IMG/VR virus record: IMGVR_UViG_3300042484_001250
Coordinates: 62,001 to 126,000 of that record
DNA length: 64,000 nucleotides
Reading direction: 5' to 3' (one strand)
Source of the DNA: an uncultured virus (IMG/VR IMGVR_UViG_3300042484_001250)
Lineage: Duplodnaviria; Heunggongvirae; Uroviricota; Caudoviricetes
This document shows, one piece after another, positions 37,628-48,136 of this stretch. A program made the position numbers and the translations under genes. How positions within the stretch are numbered: position 1 is the stretch's first letter; every line of letters starts with the position of its first letter. The notes below the pieces were generated by a model. It was not told the DNA's origin and did not search any database. It was given only the letters and a program-made list of their open reading frames with translations.

Positions 37628-38566
37628 ATGCTATCTGGTAAAAATAAAATTGTAGTTATATCGATTTTAGACACAACGCTTGGTGTTGGTTCATCTCTTA
37701 AAGGAAATGAGCAACAACACCATTGTCCATTTTGCCATCATCACAAAAAGAAACTACAAGTCAATTTAGATACACAGCAATGGCATTGTTGGGTGTGTAA
37801 CTCCAAAGGTCGTTCCATCTCATCTCTTCTTCGTAAACTAAATGTTGATAGGAGGGATTTGGATAGATTACATAAAATCTATGGAGATGAACCAGCATAC
37901 TCACCAACGGAAGAGTATGTAATCAAACTACAATTACCAAAGGAGTTCAAACAATTACATTTTAAACCATCGGGTCTATTTAATCCAATTTACACCAAAG
38001 CAATCCATTACCTAAAACAAAGAGGTATAAAGGATTCGGAGATTGTAAAATATAACATTGGATATTGTGAAGATGGATTATATGGGGGTAGGGTTATTAT
38101 ACCATCCTATGATGAGAGTGGTGAGTTAAACTATTTTATTGCTCGTTCTTTTTATGAGGATGAAAAGATGAAATACAAAAACCCACCTGTCAATAGAGAT
38201 GTTATTGTATTTGAGAATCAAATAAATTGGAATGAACCTATCACATTAGTTGAAGGAGCATTTGATGCATTTTCCGTAAAGAGAAATGTAATTCCTTTAT
38301 TGGGTAAATTCCTATTAAGTAAATTGAAGAATAAGATTTTTGAAAAAGGTGTAAAAGAAATCACCATAATGTTAGATTCGGATGCTATTGAAGATTCCAC
38401 AAAGCATTCAGAATGGTTTATTAAAAACGGAATTAAAGTTAAGAATATAATACCTAACGGCAAAGATGCCGGAGAGTTGGGATACGAAAGAGTAAACGAA
38501 CTTATTAAAACTACTACTGAAACTGGTTGGGATGATTTAGTCCTTGCCAAATTAAACAACGTATGA
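37628..38566 (+). CDS. dnaG: DNA primase (zinc-binding plus TOPRIM)
   Basis: CPFC...HCWVC zinc domain, GRVIIP, KYKNP, VEGAFDA and MLDSD motifs. Confidence 0.9.
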   Translation: MLSGKNKIVVISILDTTLGVGSSLKGNEQQHHCPFCHHHKKKLQVNLDTQQWHCWVCNSKGRSISSLLRKLNVDRRDLDRLHKIYGDEPAYSPTEEYVIKLQLPKEFKQLHFKPSGLFNPIYTKAIHYLKQRGIKDSEIVKYNIGYCEDGLYGGRVIIPSYDESGELNYFIARSFYEDEKMKYKNPPVNRDVIVFENQINWNEPITLVEGAFDAFSVKRNVIPLLGKFLLSKLKNKIFEKGVKEITIMLDSDAIEDSTKHSEWFIKNGIKVKNIIPNGKDAGELGYERVNELIKTTTETGWDDLVLAKLNNV

Positions 38567-41500
38567 GTATAAAAAGAATATATCACATTGCAGATGTTCA
38601 TATCCGTAATGTAAAAAGACACAACGAATATAGACAAGTATTTGAAAAAATGTTTGAGGAGATTCGTAAGAGGGGAACTGAAGATTCACTCATTTATTTA
38701 GCTGGAGATATTGCCCATGCTAAATTGGAAATGAGTCCTGAATTATTAAAAGAAATTAGTTGGTTATTTACGGAGTGTTCTAAGCATTGTGAAACTATCC
38801 TTATTGCGGGAAATCACGATTGTAATATGAACAACTCCGATAGATTGGATGTTCTGACTCCAATCGTAGATGCATTGAATCTACCAAACTTTCATTACCT
38901 TAGAGATACGCAAGTATATTCAATTGGAGGAATTGATTTTTCAGTATTCTCTATTTTTGATAAAAGAGATAATTGGATTACAGCAGATAAACTATTTGGT
39001 AACAAAAAGATTGCACTATTTCACGGACCATTAGATACATCCACAACCGATGTAGGATATGTGGTAAGTAGTAGACACTTTAAGCCGGAGATATTTGATG
39101 GGTTTGATTTGGCTCTATTAGGTGATATTCATAAGAGACAAGAAATCATATCGGAAGCTGGATGTAAGATTGTATATGCTGGTTCATTGGTACAACAAAA
39201 CTTTGGAGAGAGTTTAGATAAGCACGGATTTGTAGTTTGGGATATGGATACTCTAAACTATGAAGAGGTTGATATCCAAAACGAATACGGATACTACACT
39301 ATGAATGTGGATAATGGTATTGTGCCGGATGTAACGGATATGCCATTAAAACCTCGATTGAGAGTTAAGTTATCCAACACCGATACTGCGGATACTAAAA
39401 GAGTGGTAACGGAAATTAAGATGAAGTACAACGTAGATGACTTCACAATCATTCGGACAGACTCATTCTCAAAGAGTAAGACGGGTAATAGAAGTAGTAA
39501 GTTGGACTTCGAAGATATATCGGATATTAACCACCAGAACTCTCTCATATCGGAGTATGTTAAACGAATGATGCCATATACTACCGAAGAGGATTTGAAG
39601 GGCTTAGAAACGATAAATAGAGATGTAAATAGTAGAATCGTAACGGAAGATATTCATAGAAACATTCATTGGAAACCTGTAAGATTTGAATTCAGTAATA
39701 TGTTTTCGTATGGGGAGGATAATGTAATTAACTTTGATAAGGTAGGTGGATTGATGGGATTGTTTGCACCAAACGCAGCTGGTAAATCCTCACTATTTGA
39801 TGCAATATCATTCTGCCTTTTTGATAAGTGTAGTAGAGCATTCAAAGCAGGAAACATTCTAAACAATCGTAAGGATACCTTTAGTTGTAAGTTGGAGATT
39901 GAGATTGATGGGGTAAGGTACTTTATTCAAAGGGAAGCAAAGACAGTGAGTAAAGGTAAGAGTGTTAAGGTAGATGTACAATTTTGGAAAGAGAATGGTG
40001 ATGGTACGGAAATTCTAAATGGAACGGAACGTAGAGATACCAATAACATCATTGAACAATATGTTGGTAGGTATGAAGATTTTGTACTAACTGCCTTATC
40101 ATTGCAAGGAAACAACGCCCTATTCATTGATAAATCTCAAAGTGAAAGAAAGGAATTACTTTCTCAATTTATGGGATTAACTATCTTTGATAAATTATAT
40201 GAAACGGCTAGTGAAGATATTAAAGAGGTAACAACACTTATTAGAAATTTTAAGAGGACCGATTTTACTTCCGAATTAGCAGAAAAACAAAGTGAACTCA
40301 AAGAAAAGAAAGAAGAGTTTGATACATTGGATACTGAATCTAAAGAGTTGGAAACTGAAAAGAGTGAGTTGGAAAAAGAAATTATCCAGTTATCACAACA
40401 ATTGACTCCAATGGATGGTAATTTAAACATTGATAGTTTGAATACCAAAAAATCAAATTTAGACCAAAACATTGAGAAGCAGATTGAAAAGATGACAGAT
40501 AAGGCATCTAAGTTGGAAGAGTATGAATCTGCATTAAAACAAATTGGAGAGGGTATTGAAGAAAGTAAATTGTATGATGATACTGCAATTGATTATATGT
40601 ACACAAAATTTACAACTCTACAATCCACATACACATCATCACTACACTCTATTGATAAGTTACACATATCATTGGATGCCAACAAAGAAAAGTTATCTCA
40701 TTTAGAAAAGCATGAGTATGACCCTAATTGTAACTTTTGTATGAACAACGTATTCGTAAAGGATGCAAAGGAAACTGAAAAGATAGTTGGGGAGCAGTTG
40801 ATTGTATTGGAAGAATTGGAAAGAGGTTCAAAAACAATTACTCAAAATCTACAATCATTAAAGGATGTTAAATCTCAATATGATTTGTGGATTTCTTTAA
40901 CCGAAAAACAAAAGAAAGGTAACACATTATGCGATAGTACCAAATTGGAGTTAGAGCAGATGGAAACTCAACTACAACTATTCCAACATCAATTGGAAGG
41001 AGTTGAGGGGGATATCCAACGTTACAATGATAATTTGGAAACCATTTCTAAAAACAAAGAGATACAAACTAAAATATCAGAACTAACAACATCTAAAAAA
41101 GAAATTGAGGGTAAGATAGAAAGTGCTAAAAAGAAACTTTTAAAGTTATCATCCGATACCGGTTCTATTAACACATTTATCAAAGATATGAAAGCTAAGA
41201 TGGGGGAGGTTAAGGATTTGGAAACAAAGAATCAATTGTACACATTTTATTTAGATGCGGTTAAGAGAGATGGAATTCCATACGAATTGATTACTAAGGC
41301 TCTGCCTGTAATCGAAGAGGAAATTAACAACATATTAGGACAGGTTGTTGATTTTGGAATCGTAATGGATACGGATGGTAAGAACATCAACGCTAAGATA
41401 GTTTACGATGACCAGGAATGGGCATTGGAAATGTGTAGTGGTATGGAGAAGTTTGTTAGTGGATTGGCAATTAGAGTTGCACTTATTAACATATGTAACT

Positions 41501-41706
41501 TACCTCGTCCAAACTTCTTAGTAATCGATGAGGGATTTGGTACGTTAGATAGTGATAACCTGTCATCCCTATTTATGATGATGCAATATCTCAAAACTCA
41601 ATTTGATTTCATTTGGATGATTTCGCATTTAGAACAAATGAGAGATATTGTAGATGGTTTAATTGAAATCAAAAAAGATAATGGGTTTAGTAAGATTAAT
41701 TTTTAA
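38563..41706 (+). CDS. sbcD-sbcC: Fused Mre11/SbcD nuclease and Rad50/SbcC ATPase (gp47-gp46 fusion)
   Basis: ADVH, AGD, GNHD, FHG and GDIH phosphoesterase motifs; NAAGKSS Walker A, CNFC hook, CSGMEK signature, IDEGFGTLD, ISH. Confidence 0.95.
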   Translation: MSIKRIYHIADVHIRNVKRHNEYRQVFEKMFEEIRKRGTEDSLIYLAGDIAHAKLEMSPELLKEISWLFTECSKHCETILIAGNHDCNMNNSDRLDVLTPIVDALNLPNFHYLRDTQVYSIGGIDFSVFSIFDKRDNWITADKLFGNKKIALFHGPLDTSTTDVGYVVSSRHFKPEIFDGFDLALLGDIHKRQEIISEAGCKIVYAGSLVQQNFGESLDKHGFVVWDMDTLNYEEVDIQNEYGYYTMNVDNGIVPDVTDMPLKPRLRVKLSNTDTADTKRVVTEIKMKYNVDDFTIIRTDSFSKSKTGNRSSKLDFEDISDINHQNSLISEYVKRMMPYTTEEDLKGLETINRDVNSRIVTEDIHRNIHWKPVRFEFSNMFSYGEDNVINFDKVGGLMGLFAPNAAGKSSLFDAISFCLFDKCSRAFKAGNILNNRKDTFSCKLEIEIDGVRYFIQREAKTVSKGKSVKVDVQFWKENGDGTEILNGTERRDTNNIIEQYVGRYEDFVLTALSLQGNNALFIDKSQSERKELLSQFMGLTIFDKLYETASEDIKEVTTLIRNFKRTDFTSELAEKQSELKEKKEEFDTLDTESKELETEKSELEKEIIQLSQQLTPMDGNLNIDSLNTKKSNLDQNIEKQIEKMTDKASKLEEYESALKQIGEGIEESKLYDDTAIDYMYTKFTTLQSTYTSSLHSIDKLHISLDANKEKLSHLEKHEYDPNCNFCMNNVFVKDAKETEKIVGEQLIVLEELERGSKTITQNLQSLKDVKSQYDLWISLTEKQKKGNTLCDSTKLELEQMETQLQLFQHQLEGVEGDIQRYNDNLETISKNKEIQTKISELTTSKKEIEGKIESAKKKLLKLSSDTGSINTFIKDMKAKMGEVKDLETKNQLYTFYLDAVKRDGIPYELITKALPVIEEEINNILGQVVDFGIVMDTDGKNINAKIVYDDQEWALEMCSGMEKFVSGLAIRVALINICNLPRPNFLVIDEGFGTLDSDNLSSLFMMMQYLKTQFDFIWMISHLEQMRDIVDGLIEIKKDNGFSKINF

Positions 41707-41863
41707 CAGAAGGTAATATATTTTTTGGTTGAGGTTTTGGTAATACTTTTTCTTTTATCAAAGCTTCAACTAAACCATTTAATTTATAACCTTTATCTTT
41801 ACAAAATTCTTTTAACATAAGATGTACTTCTGCATCAATTTGTATCATTGCATATTTTTTCAT
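41696..41863 (-). CDS. Ribbon-helix-helix DNA-binding protein, 55 aa (not in ORF track)
   Basis: MKKYAMIQIDAEVHLMLKEFCKDKGYKLNGLVEALIKEKVLPKPQPKNILPSVKN*; beta-alpha-G-alpha RHH pattern. Confidence 0.75.
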   Translation of the reverse strand: MKKYAMIQIDAEVHLMLKEFCKDKGYKLNGLVEALIKEKVLPKPQPKNILPSVKN

Positions 41864-41965
41864 AACGATTATTTAACTTTCTTTAATTTTATTTATATTT
41901 CTTTAGATAAGTATTAACATAAATATTTATCGTAATATTTATATTGAGAACTAATAGAAATTTCA

Positions 41966-44900
41966 ATGGCAAGAATTAAAAAATACGCTAGTAACCAAAC
42001 AACAAATTTACAGCCACAATTAACTGAATATGGTACTTTTGTCACAGACCAGTTACCATCATCAATATATTTTAGAATATCTGAATTTAAAGATACATTT
42101 ACAGGTGGTAAAAACGGATTTCTTATTGAAGGTTCTGAACATTTATTAGAATCTACTGAAATAAAAATAGAAATAATAGATGTAAATGGTAATCCAATTT
42201 ATTATGAACCAGGTGATGGTATACCTGAATATTATGAAGGACTATCTAAATTAGTAGCTGTTTACATTTATGAGGATACTCCAATTGGTATTGCCAACAT
42301 AACTATATTAGGAGAATTAAAAACTTATATAGATAGTGAAGGAAATGTACAACCAATACCAGAAGAATGGAAAGGTATTTATAATGTAAAATGGCAAAAA
42401 GAATTTAAAGTAAATCGTTTAATAGCAAACGAAGATAGAGTTAGATTTTATAAAAGACCTCAAGTATCAATTACAGAATTAATAAAACCATTATATTCAA
42501 ATGTAGTTGCTCAAAAAACAAATAATGGTACTGTTAGTGGTATTCCATTAGCACCATTAGAAAATCAACCATTATCCGAATATAGTTTACCAACATCCTA
42601 TTTATTAACTATAACCGATAATGGTGTATATAATGCTTGGAGTAGTTCGGTTGTTGGAAATACTATAAGTGTACCATCATTGGGATATACAACAACTGCA
42701 GATGATATAATAAATAAAACTCAATTAGTTGTAACAAATCCATACACAGATTCCAATGGATTGGTTCAGCCATTTGTAAGTGCACCATATACTACAACTT
42801 TTAATTATTTAGAAGGTGTTAATGATTTAGCAACTGCATTAACTGGTTCATTTGCAAAAATAAGTCTTACTGATTTAACATCATTTGTAGGAGATGTTGC
42901 TAGAGTTAAAGTATTTAGAAAATCGCAATCAGACTTATCCGACTTTCAATTTATTCAAGAAATTCAATTGGAAGCAAATGAATTACTTTTGGATTTGGAT
43001 ATACCAACTAAAAATCAAGAAAACTACGGAATATTTACATCGGATATTATTAAAGATTATTGGGTAACATCTTCTAATAATTTAACAGCAACATTTAATC
43101 AAAGTTATTTATATAATTCGGTTAAATTAAATAGTAATTCTTCGGTTTACAAATTCCATACATCAAAATCAATATCAATTACCGAAGATGTTGAATATAC
43201 TTTGGATTTTAAAGTTAGAAGTGAAACATCAACTGGTAATGGTTATATTAAAGCATTTTTAAGTGGTTCTAGAGATGGTACAAACGGTAAAGTACAAGTA
43301 GAACAACAAATAATAGCTGTACCAGCACAAACGGCAGTTTTACAAAAATCAACTGTAACTAAAAATATAATTGCCCAACAAATGGCAACTGCTAGTTTGT
43401 ATTTTGAAGTTAGTGGAAACGATTGGTATGTGTCTGATGTTAGTTTAAAAGCATCTCAAGAAAGTTCATTTTCACCCGATGAAATAACATTTATACAATC
43501 AGTTCCAAGAACATTACCGGAGGAAACATTTATATATCGTTTTGAATTCTATGATATTAATAACAACTATATACCTGTAAATGTAGAAGAAACAAAAACA
43601 TTTAACGGAGGTAATTTACAAACAATTAGAAAAGGTTTACAATTACTACCATCATCTTTATATTTTCAATTTGATTCTGGTTCAAATCCAGTTCCCCCAA
43701 CTTCTATAAACATTCAAGTTGTAAAAACTTTATTAACTGGTTCTGTACGATACACATCTCAATCATTTGATTATGATGGAAGTACTCATACGGCTTTACA
43801 ATATGCAGGTGGGCAGTATCCTGGTGTTTTAAATCAAACAAATCCTGATAATGTAGTATTAACTGTTGGAAATTTTACTGGTAGTAGAAGTGATAAAAAT
43901 GTACAATATTTAGAAATAACCGGTGAAGTGGAAGGATTTACTGATACTATTATTATAACAAAAGTATTAGATGGATTTGGTGGTGTAAACTATATTATTA
44001 GACCTTATAGAGGAACTCAAATCAGAAATAGTAGTACTGCTTCTTTGGAAATTCAAGCGGTTAGAATTGATGGTATAAATGAGATTATTTTAAATGATAC
44101 AATTGGAAAACCAAAAGGCTGGCCTACTTATCAACTTCACGTATTGTCAGCATCGTTAGACCCATTGAACGAACCTGAAAGGTTTATCAATTTACAAAAA
44201 GCAGTCAATCAAAATTATATTAAAGGATTATCTGTTGGGGAATTGGGTAGTAAACAAATAAACTACAATGCAATATTCAATAGAGATTCTATAAATAAAG
44301 TAAGAGTAGTTTATATATTATCGTCTGGTTCAATAACACAACAACCTGCTTTTATAGCATCCGCATCTGTATTGACATCTATAAATTTAGAGGATTTGCA
44401 AGATGGTTTGGATTCTGGATTTATGGTATATAATACGGATACGTTTACTATCAATCCAAGAACTCAAACAATATTTACACCTGTATCGGCAAGTGTTACG
44501 GGTTCATTTTATAAAAGAGGAACTAACGTAGAACCATTTACCGCATCATTTGAGGTGTTCCCATCAATGTCTTTAAACATAGATTTTGAGCCGGAATATT
44601 GGATGTATTATGTAACTGGTAAATTTCATCCAAATATTTCAGTAGTAGCAATTGATGAAAAGAAAAGAGAAATACCATCAAGAGCAGTTTCTAATCATAT
44701 ATACTCACCATTATCACAAAGTAAAACATTAACCGTAACATTAACTTATACCGAAGATTATACATCATCATCTATAAGTTTGGATAAGACATTTACAATT
44801 GTACCTGAAGGAAAGCCGGGTGATGAGAGTATTGTATTTGAAGTAGTACCTACCAATGTAACCTTAAACTCAAATGCAGAAGGTACTGTTTTAGATTACA

Positions 44901-47900
44901 AACCATCTATAACTGATATTAAATTAAAACAAGGTAGTAGATATTTGATATTTACTGGAAGTAGAGCAGCTGGTACATTCCACATTGCATCATCCTCAAT
45001 AAGTTCACAAAATATCACACCTGGTAATGTACACTTTACATCATCATTTGGGATACCATATACTGCATCATTAATTGTATCTCAATCTTCAAATCTTACT
45101 GATTTAAGTGGTAGTATAACATATCCATTGATTATACATCCGTACTATACATCATCAATCTACACACAAAGTATTGTTCAAAACTATACCAAAGCAGTTG
45201 ATGGACCTCCACCAATTGATGTAATAATAACTCCAACTAATATTACATTAAATGCCGATGAGAATGGTTTTGTATCAACTTTAGCTCCCGCACAAACTAC
45301 AATTCAATTAAGAGAAGGTAGTAAATTTTTAACATTTAATAGTAATTCAGCAGAAACACCTGGTACTTTTAAATTTGGTAGTACACCTACTCAAAATATT
45401 ACAATAAGTACTTTGCAGGGAAATGGTACTAATTCGGCAACTGCATCATTTAGTTTATTTAATTATCCACATGTATCGGCAAGTGTAAATTATAATATAA
45501 TTGCATTTCCATATTCATTGGGACCTGGTCATAGATTTACATCATCAGTATTTAATAGAACTCAAACTATAACGAAGAATGTGGCTGCAACTGCTGCTAG
45601 AACTATTAATTTAACATCAACTGCATATACTATAACTTATGATTCGGATGGGCAAGTAGTTAATCCAACAGATGGTATTACATTAGTTGCAACTGCATTT
45701 AATACAACTGGTTCTAGATTTTATCAATTTTTTAAAGATGATGTAGCTCAAACACCAATACAAACTACGGCAACTAGAAATGTAGCTCCTGAAGATGCAG
45801 TTGCTGTTGGTGAAGTTGCAACTTGGAAAGTAACATTAAGAGATGGTAGTAATTCAGCATCGGCACCAATTAGAGCACAAGCCTCTGTAACAATTGCTGG
45901 TGTTGGGGATGGTACTAAAGCATATAACGCAGTTGTAAATCCCGAAAACACTTCTATTGTTTATAAAGTTTCTGGTGAGTTGGAAATAGCTAATACATCT
46001 GCAGTAATAACGGCAACAAAAGGTGGAGAAGCTCTAACACATAGACCATCTGGTTTTAGTGCACAATCACAAGACCCATTTGGAAATAATATAGGTTCAT
46101 TAGGTGAGTATCAGGTAACTATTCATTCTAAATCAAATCATATAGTTTTGGGTGATAGTAAAGTTAGTGGTAGTGTATTGAATGGTAGTACTAACGCAAC
46201 TATTAGTAATTTAGCAGGATGGGTAAATCCGATTGGAAATCCAACGGGACAGATTGTTTATAGAATTAATTTTGAAAACGGAAAACAAATAACTTTTAAA
46301 ACACAATCAATTGCAATTCAATACGAAGGAGACACTGGACCTGGTATTGTAATGAGAGGTGTGTGGAATCAAACTACTAATTACATAGGTTCGGTTGAAA
46401 CAACAAACTATCGTAGAGATGCGGTAATTTGGCCTGACCCTGGTAACTCTGGTGGTAACACTAGATATTATGCGGCAATTAGTGGTAGTGGACCAGGTAC
46501 CGCAACTGGATATCATGAACCTGTTTACTCACCATCACCTGTTGATAGTGCATGGTGGCAATACTTAGGTGACCAAGAATTCTTTGTGGCAGCTAAGATT
46601 GCAATATTCGATGAATCATTTGTTAAAAATACAATTAATATTGGTAACAATGCTGGTAGTCCTTTTGCAAACATTGTATTAGCTGGGGGTAGAGATGACC
46701 CTTATATGGCAATTGGACAAAACGGAACTGTTGGTGGAAACGGAATTCAATATGACCCATCTACACACCCTACTATAATTGGATATGATAAGATTGGTAT
46801 ATTTGCTGGTATGTACAATGGTGCAACATACGAACCACGTTTTTCATTAAGAGGAAGTGGTGGTAATTATTTAAGATGGAATGGCAGTACTTTGGATATT
46901 AGTGGTGCGATAACGGTAACTGGAGGTGATGCGGCAACACAAACATATGCATCTCAATCGGCAGCAACTGCGTTATCATCGGCATTGACAACTGTAAACG
47001 CATTGGCCGCCGGTACTTACAATATTGGTACAACTACATTCATTACAAACAATTTTATATCTGCACCGGTAATTGCTGGAACTGCTGGATATATACAAAA
47101 ATTATTTAGGGTTGGCGATGATACAGCTGCATCAATTTATTTAGATGCTAGAAATATAGCCGATGGAGCAGCTGATAATTATCGTAGAATATGGATTGGT
47201 AGTGGTGCATATGGTATTTATGGTGATTCAAATACTTCATTTTATGTAGATAGTAATAATAGATTTTCGTTAGGTGATAAATTAACATTTACTGGTGGTA
47301 ATTTAAGTGTAAGTGGTAATATAACTTCAACCGGTGGAAGTATTGGTGGATGGACTATAGATTCCAATTCAATTTTTAGTGGAACAAAGGGTACTAATGG
47401 TGCTTATACCGCAGCGGCAGGTAGTGTAACAATATCATCAGAGGGATGGATTTCATCAAAAAATTTCAGAATATCATCAACAGGCGCTGTAAATGCAGAT
47501 GTTATTGATGTGAGTGATGTGTTAGCTTCATCGGCCTATTTTGGTACTGCTCGAGGAAATTATACAATTGCAATTGATACCAATGCTATGACATTAGCAG
47601 GATATTCACGATTCGATTTGGGAGCAGTTGCTGGTATTGTGGGTACATATACATCATTCATTGCATTTACTGATGGTGGTGGTACTCCATCGGGTACCAT
47701 ATTAAGTTCATTTGGTGCAACTGGATTAACTGTAAATGGTGCAATTACCGCAACTGGAAATATTACTGCTTATTACTCTGATGAAAGATTAAAAACAAAA
47801 TTGGGTAATATTACTAACGCAATTGATAAGATATCACAATTAAACGGATTTTACTATACAAATAATGAGTTAGCAAATTCATTTGGATATACCGATGATA

Positions 47901-48136
47901 AAACTCAATTGGGTTTATCTGCGCAAGAAGTACAAAATGTATTTCCTAATATTGTATCACTAGCACCATTTGATATGAAGGTATATTTACCAAATGAAAC
48001 TAAAACCGATACACCACCCGAATCTAAATCTGGAGAAAACTATTTAACAATTGATTACTCCAAATTAGTACCTGTATTAGTTGAGGCAATAAAAGAATTG
48101 AAAGCGGAAATTGAAGAATTAAAAAGAAATAAATAA
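41966..48136 (+). CDS. Large tail fibre with C-terminal Peptidase_S74 intramolecular chaperone
   Basis: GNITAYYSDERLK...GLSAQEV...IDYSKLVPVLVEAIKEL; Ig-like repeats; GGSIGGWTI. Confidence 0.88.
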   Translation: MARIKKYASNQTTNLQPQLTEYGTFVTDQLPSSIYFRISEFKDTFTGGKNGFLIEGSEHLLESTEIKIEIIDVNGNPIYYEPGDGIPEYYEGLSKLVAVYIYEDTPIGIANITILGELKTYIDSEGNVQPIPEEWKGIYNVKWQKEFKVNRLIANEDRVRFYKRPQVSITELIKPLYSNVVAQKTNNGTVSGIPLAPLENQPLSEYSLPTSYLLTITDNGVYNAWSSSVVGNTISVPSLGYTTTADDIINKTQLVVTNPYTDSNGLVQPFVSAPYTTTFNYLEGVNDLATALTGSFAKISLTDLTSFVGDVARVKVFRKSQSDLSDFQFIQEIQLEANELLLDLDIPTKNQENYGIFTSDIIKDYWVTSSNNLTATFNQSYLYNSVKLNSNSSVYKFHTSKSISITEDVEYTLDFKVRSETSTGNGYIKAFLSGSRDGTNGKVQVEQQIIAVPAQTAVLQKSTVTKNIIAQQMATASLYFEVSGNDWYVSDVSLKASQESSFSPDEITFIQSVPRTLPEETFIYRFEFYDINNNYIPVNVEETKTFNGGNLQTIRKGLQLLPSSLYFQFDSGSNPVPPTSINIQVVKTLLTGSVRYTSQSFDYDGSTHTALQYAGGQYPGVLNQTNPDNVVLTVGNFTGSRSDKNVQYLEITGEVEGFTDTIIITKVLDGFGGVNYIIRPYRGTQIRNSSTASLEIQAVRIDGINEIILNDTIGKPKGWPTYQLHVLSASLDPLNEPERFINLQKAVNQNYIKGLSVGELGSKQINYNAIFNRDSINKVRVVYILSSGSITQQPAFIASASVLTSINLEDLQDGLDSGFMVYNTDTFTINPRTQTIFTPVSASVTGSFYKRGTNVEPFTASFEVFPSMSLNIDFEPEYWMYYVTGKFHPNISVVAIDEKKREIPSRAVSNHIYSPLSQSKTLTVTLTYTEDYTSSSISLDKTFTIVPEGKPGDESIVFEVVPTNVTLNSNAEGTVLDYKPSITDIKLKQGSRYLIFTGSRAAGTFHIASSSISSQNITPGNVHFTSSFGIPYTASLIVSQSSNLTDLSGSITYPLIIHPYYTSSIYTQSIVQNYTKAVDGPPPIDVIITPTNITLNADENGFVSTLAPAQTTIQLREGSKFLTFNSNSAETPGTFKFGSTPTQNITISTLQGNGTNSATASFSLFNYPHVSASVNYNIIAFPYSLGPGHRFTSSVFNRTQTITKNVAATAARTINLTSTAYTITYDSDGQVVNPTDGITLVATAFNTTGSRFYQFFKDDVAQTPIQTTATRNVAPEDAVAVGEVATWKVTLRDGSNSASAPIRAQASVTIAGVGDGTKAYNAVVNPENTSIVYKVSGELEIANTSAVITATKGGEALTHRPSGFSAQSQDPFGNNIGSLGEYQVTIHSKSNHIVLGDSKVSGSVLNGSTNATISNLAGWVNPIGNPTGQIVYRINFENGKQITFKTQSIAIQYEGDTGPGIVMRGVWNQTTNYIGSVETTNYRRDAVIWPDPGNSGGNTRYYAAISGSGPGTATGYHEPVYSPSPVDSAWWQYLGDQEFFVAAKIAIFDESFVKNTINIGNNAGSPFANIVLAGGRDDPYMAIGQNGTVGGNGIQYDPSTHPTIIGYDKIGIFAGMYNGATYEPRFSLRGSGGNYLRWNGSTLDISGAITVTGGDAATQTYASQSAATALSSALTTVNALAAGTYNIGTTTFITNNFISAPVIAGTAGYIQKLFRVGDDTAASIYLDARNIADGAADNYRRIWIGSGAYGIYGDSNTSFYVDSNNRFSLGDKLTFTGGNLSVSGNITSTGGSIGGWTIDSNSIFSGTKGTNGAYTAAAGSVTISSEGWISSKNFRISSTGAVNADVIDVSDVLASSAYFGTARGNYTIAIDTNAMTLAGYSRFDLGAVAGIVGTYTSFIAFTDGGGTPSGTILSSFGATGLTVNGAITATGNITAYYSDERLKTKLGNITNAIDKISQLNGFYYTNNELANSFGYTDDKTQLGLSAQEVQNVFPNIVSLAPFDMKVYLPNETKTDTPPESKSGENYLTIDYSKLVPVLVEAIKELKAEIEELKRNK

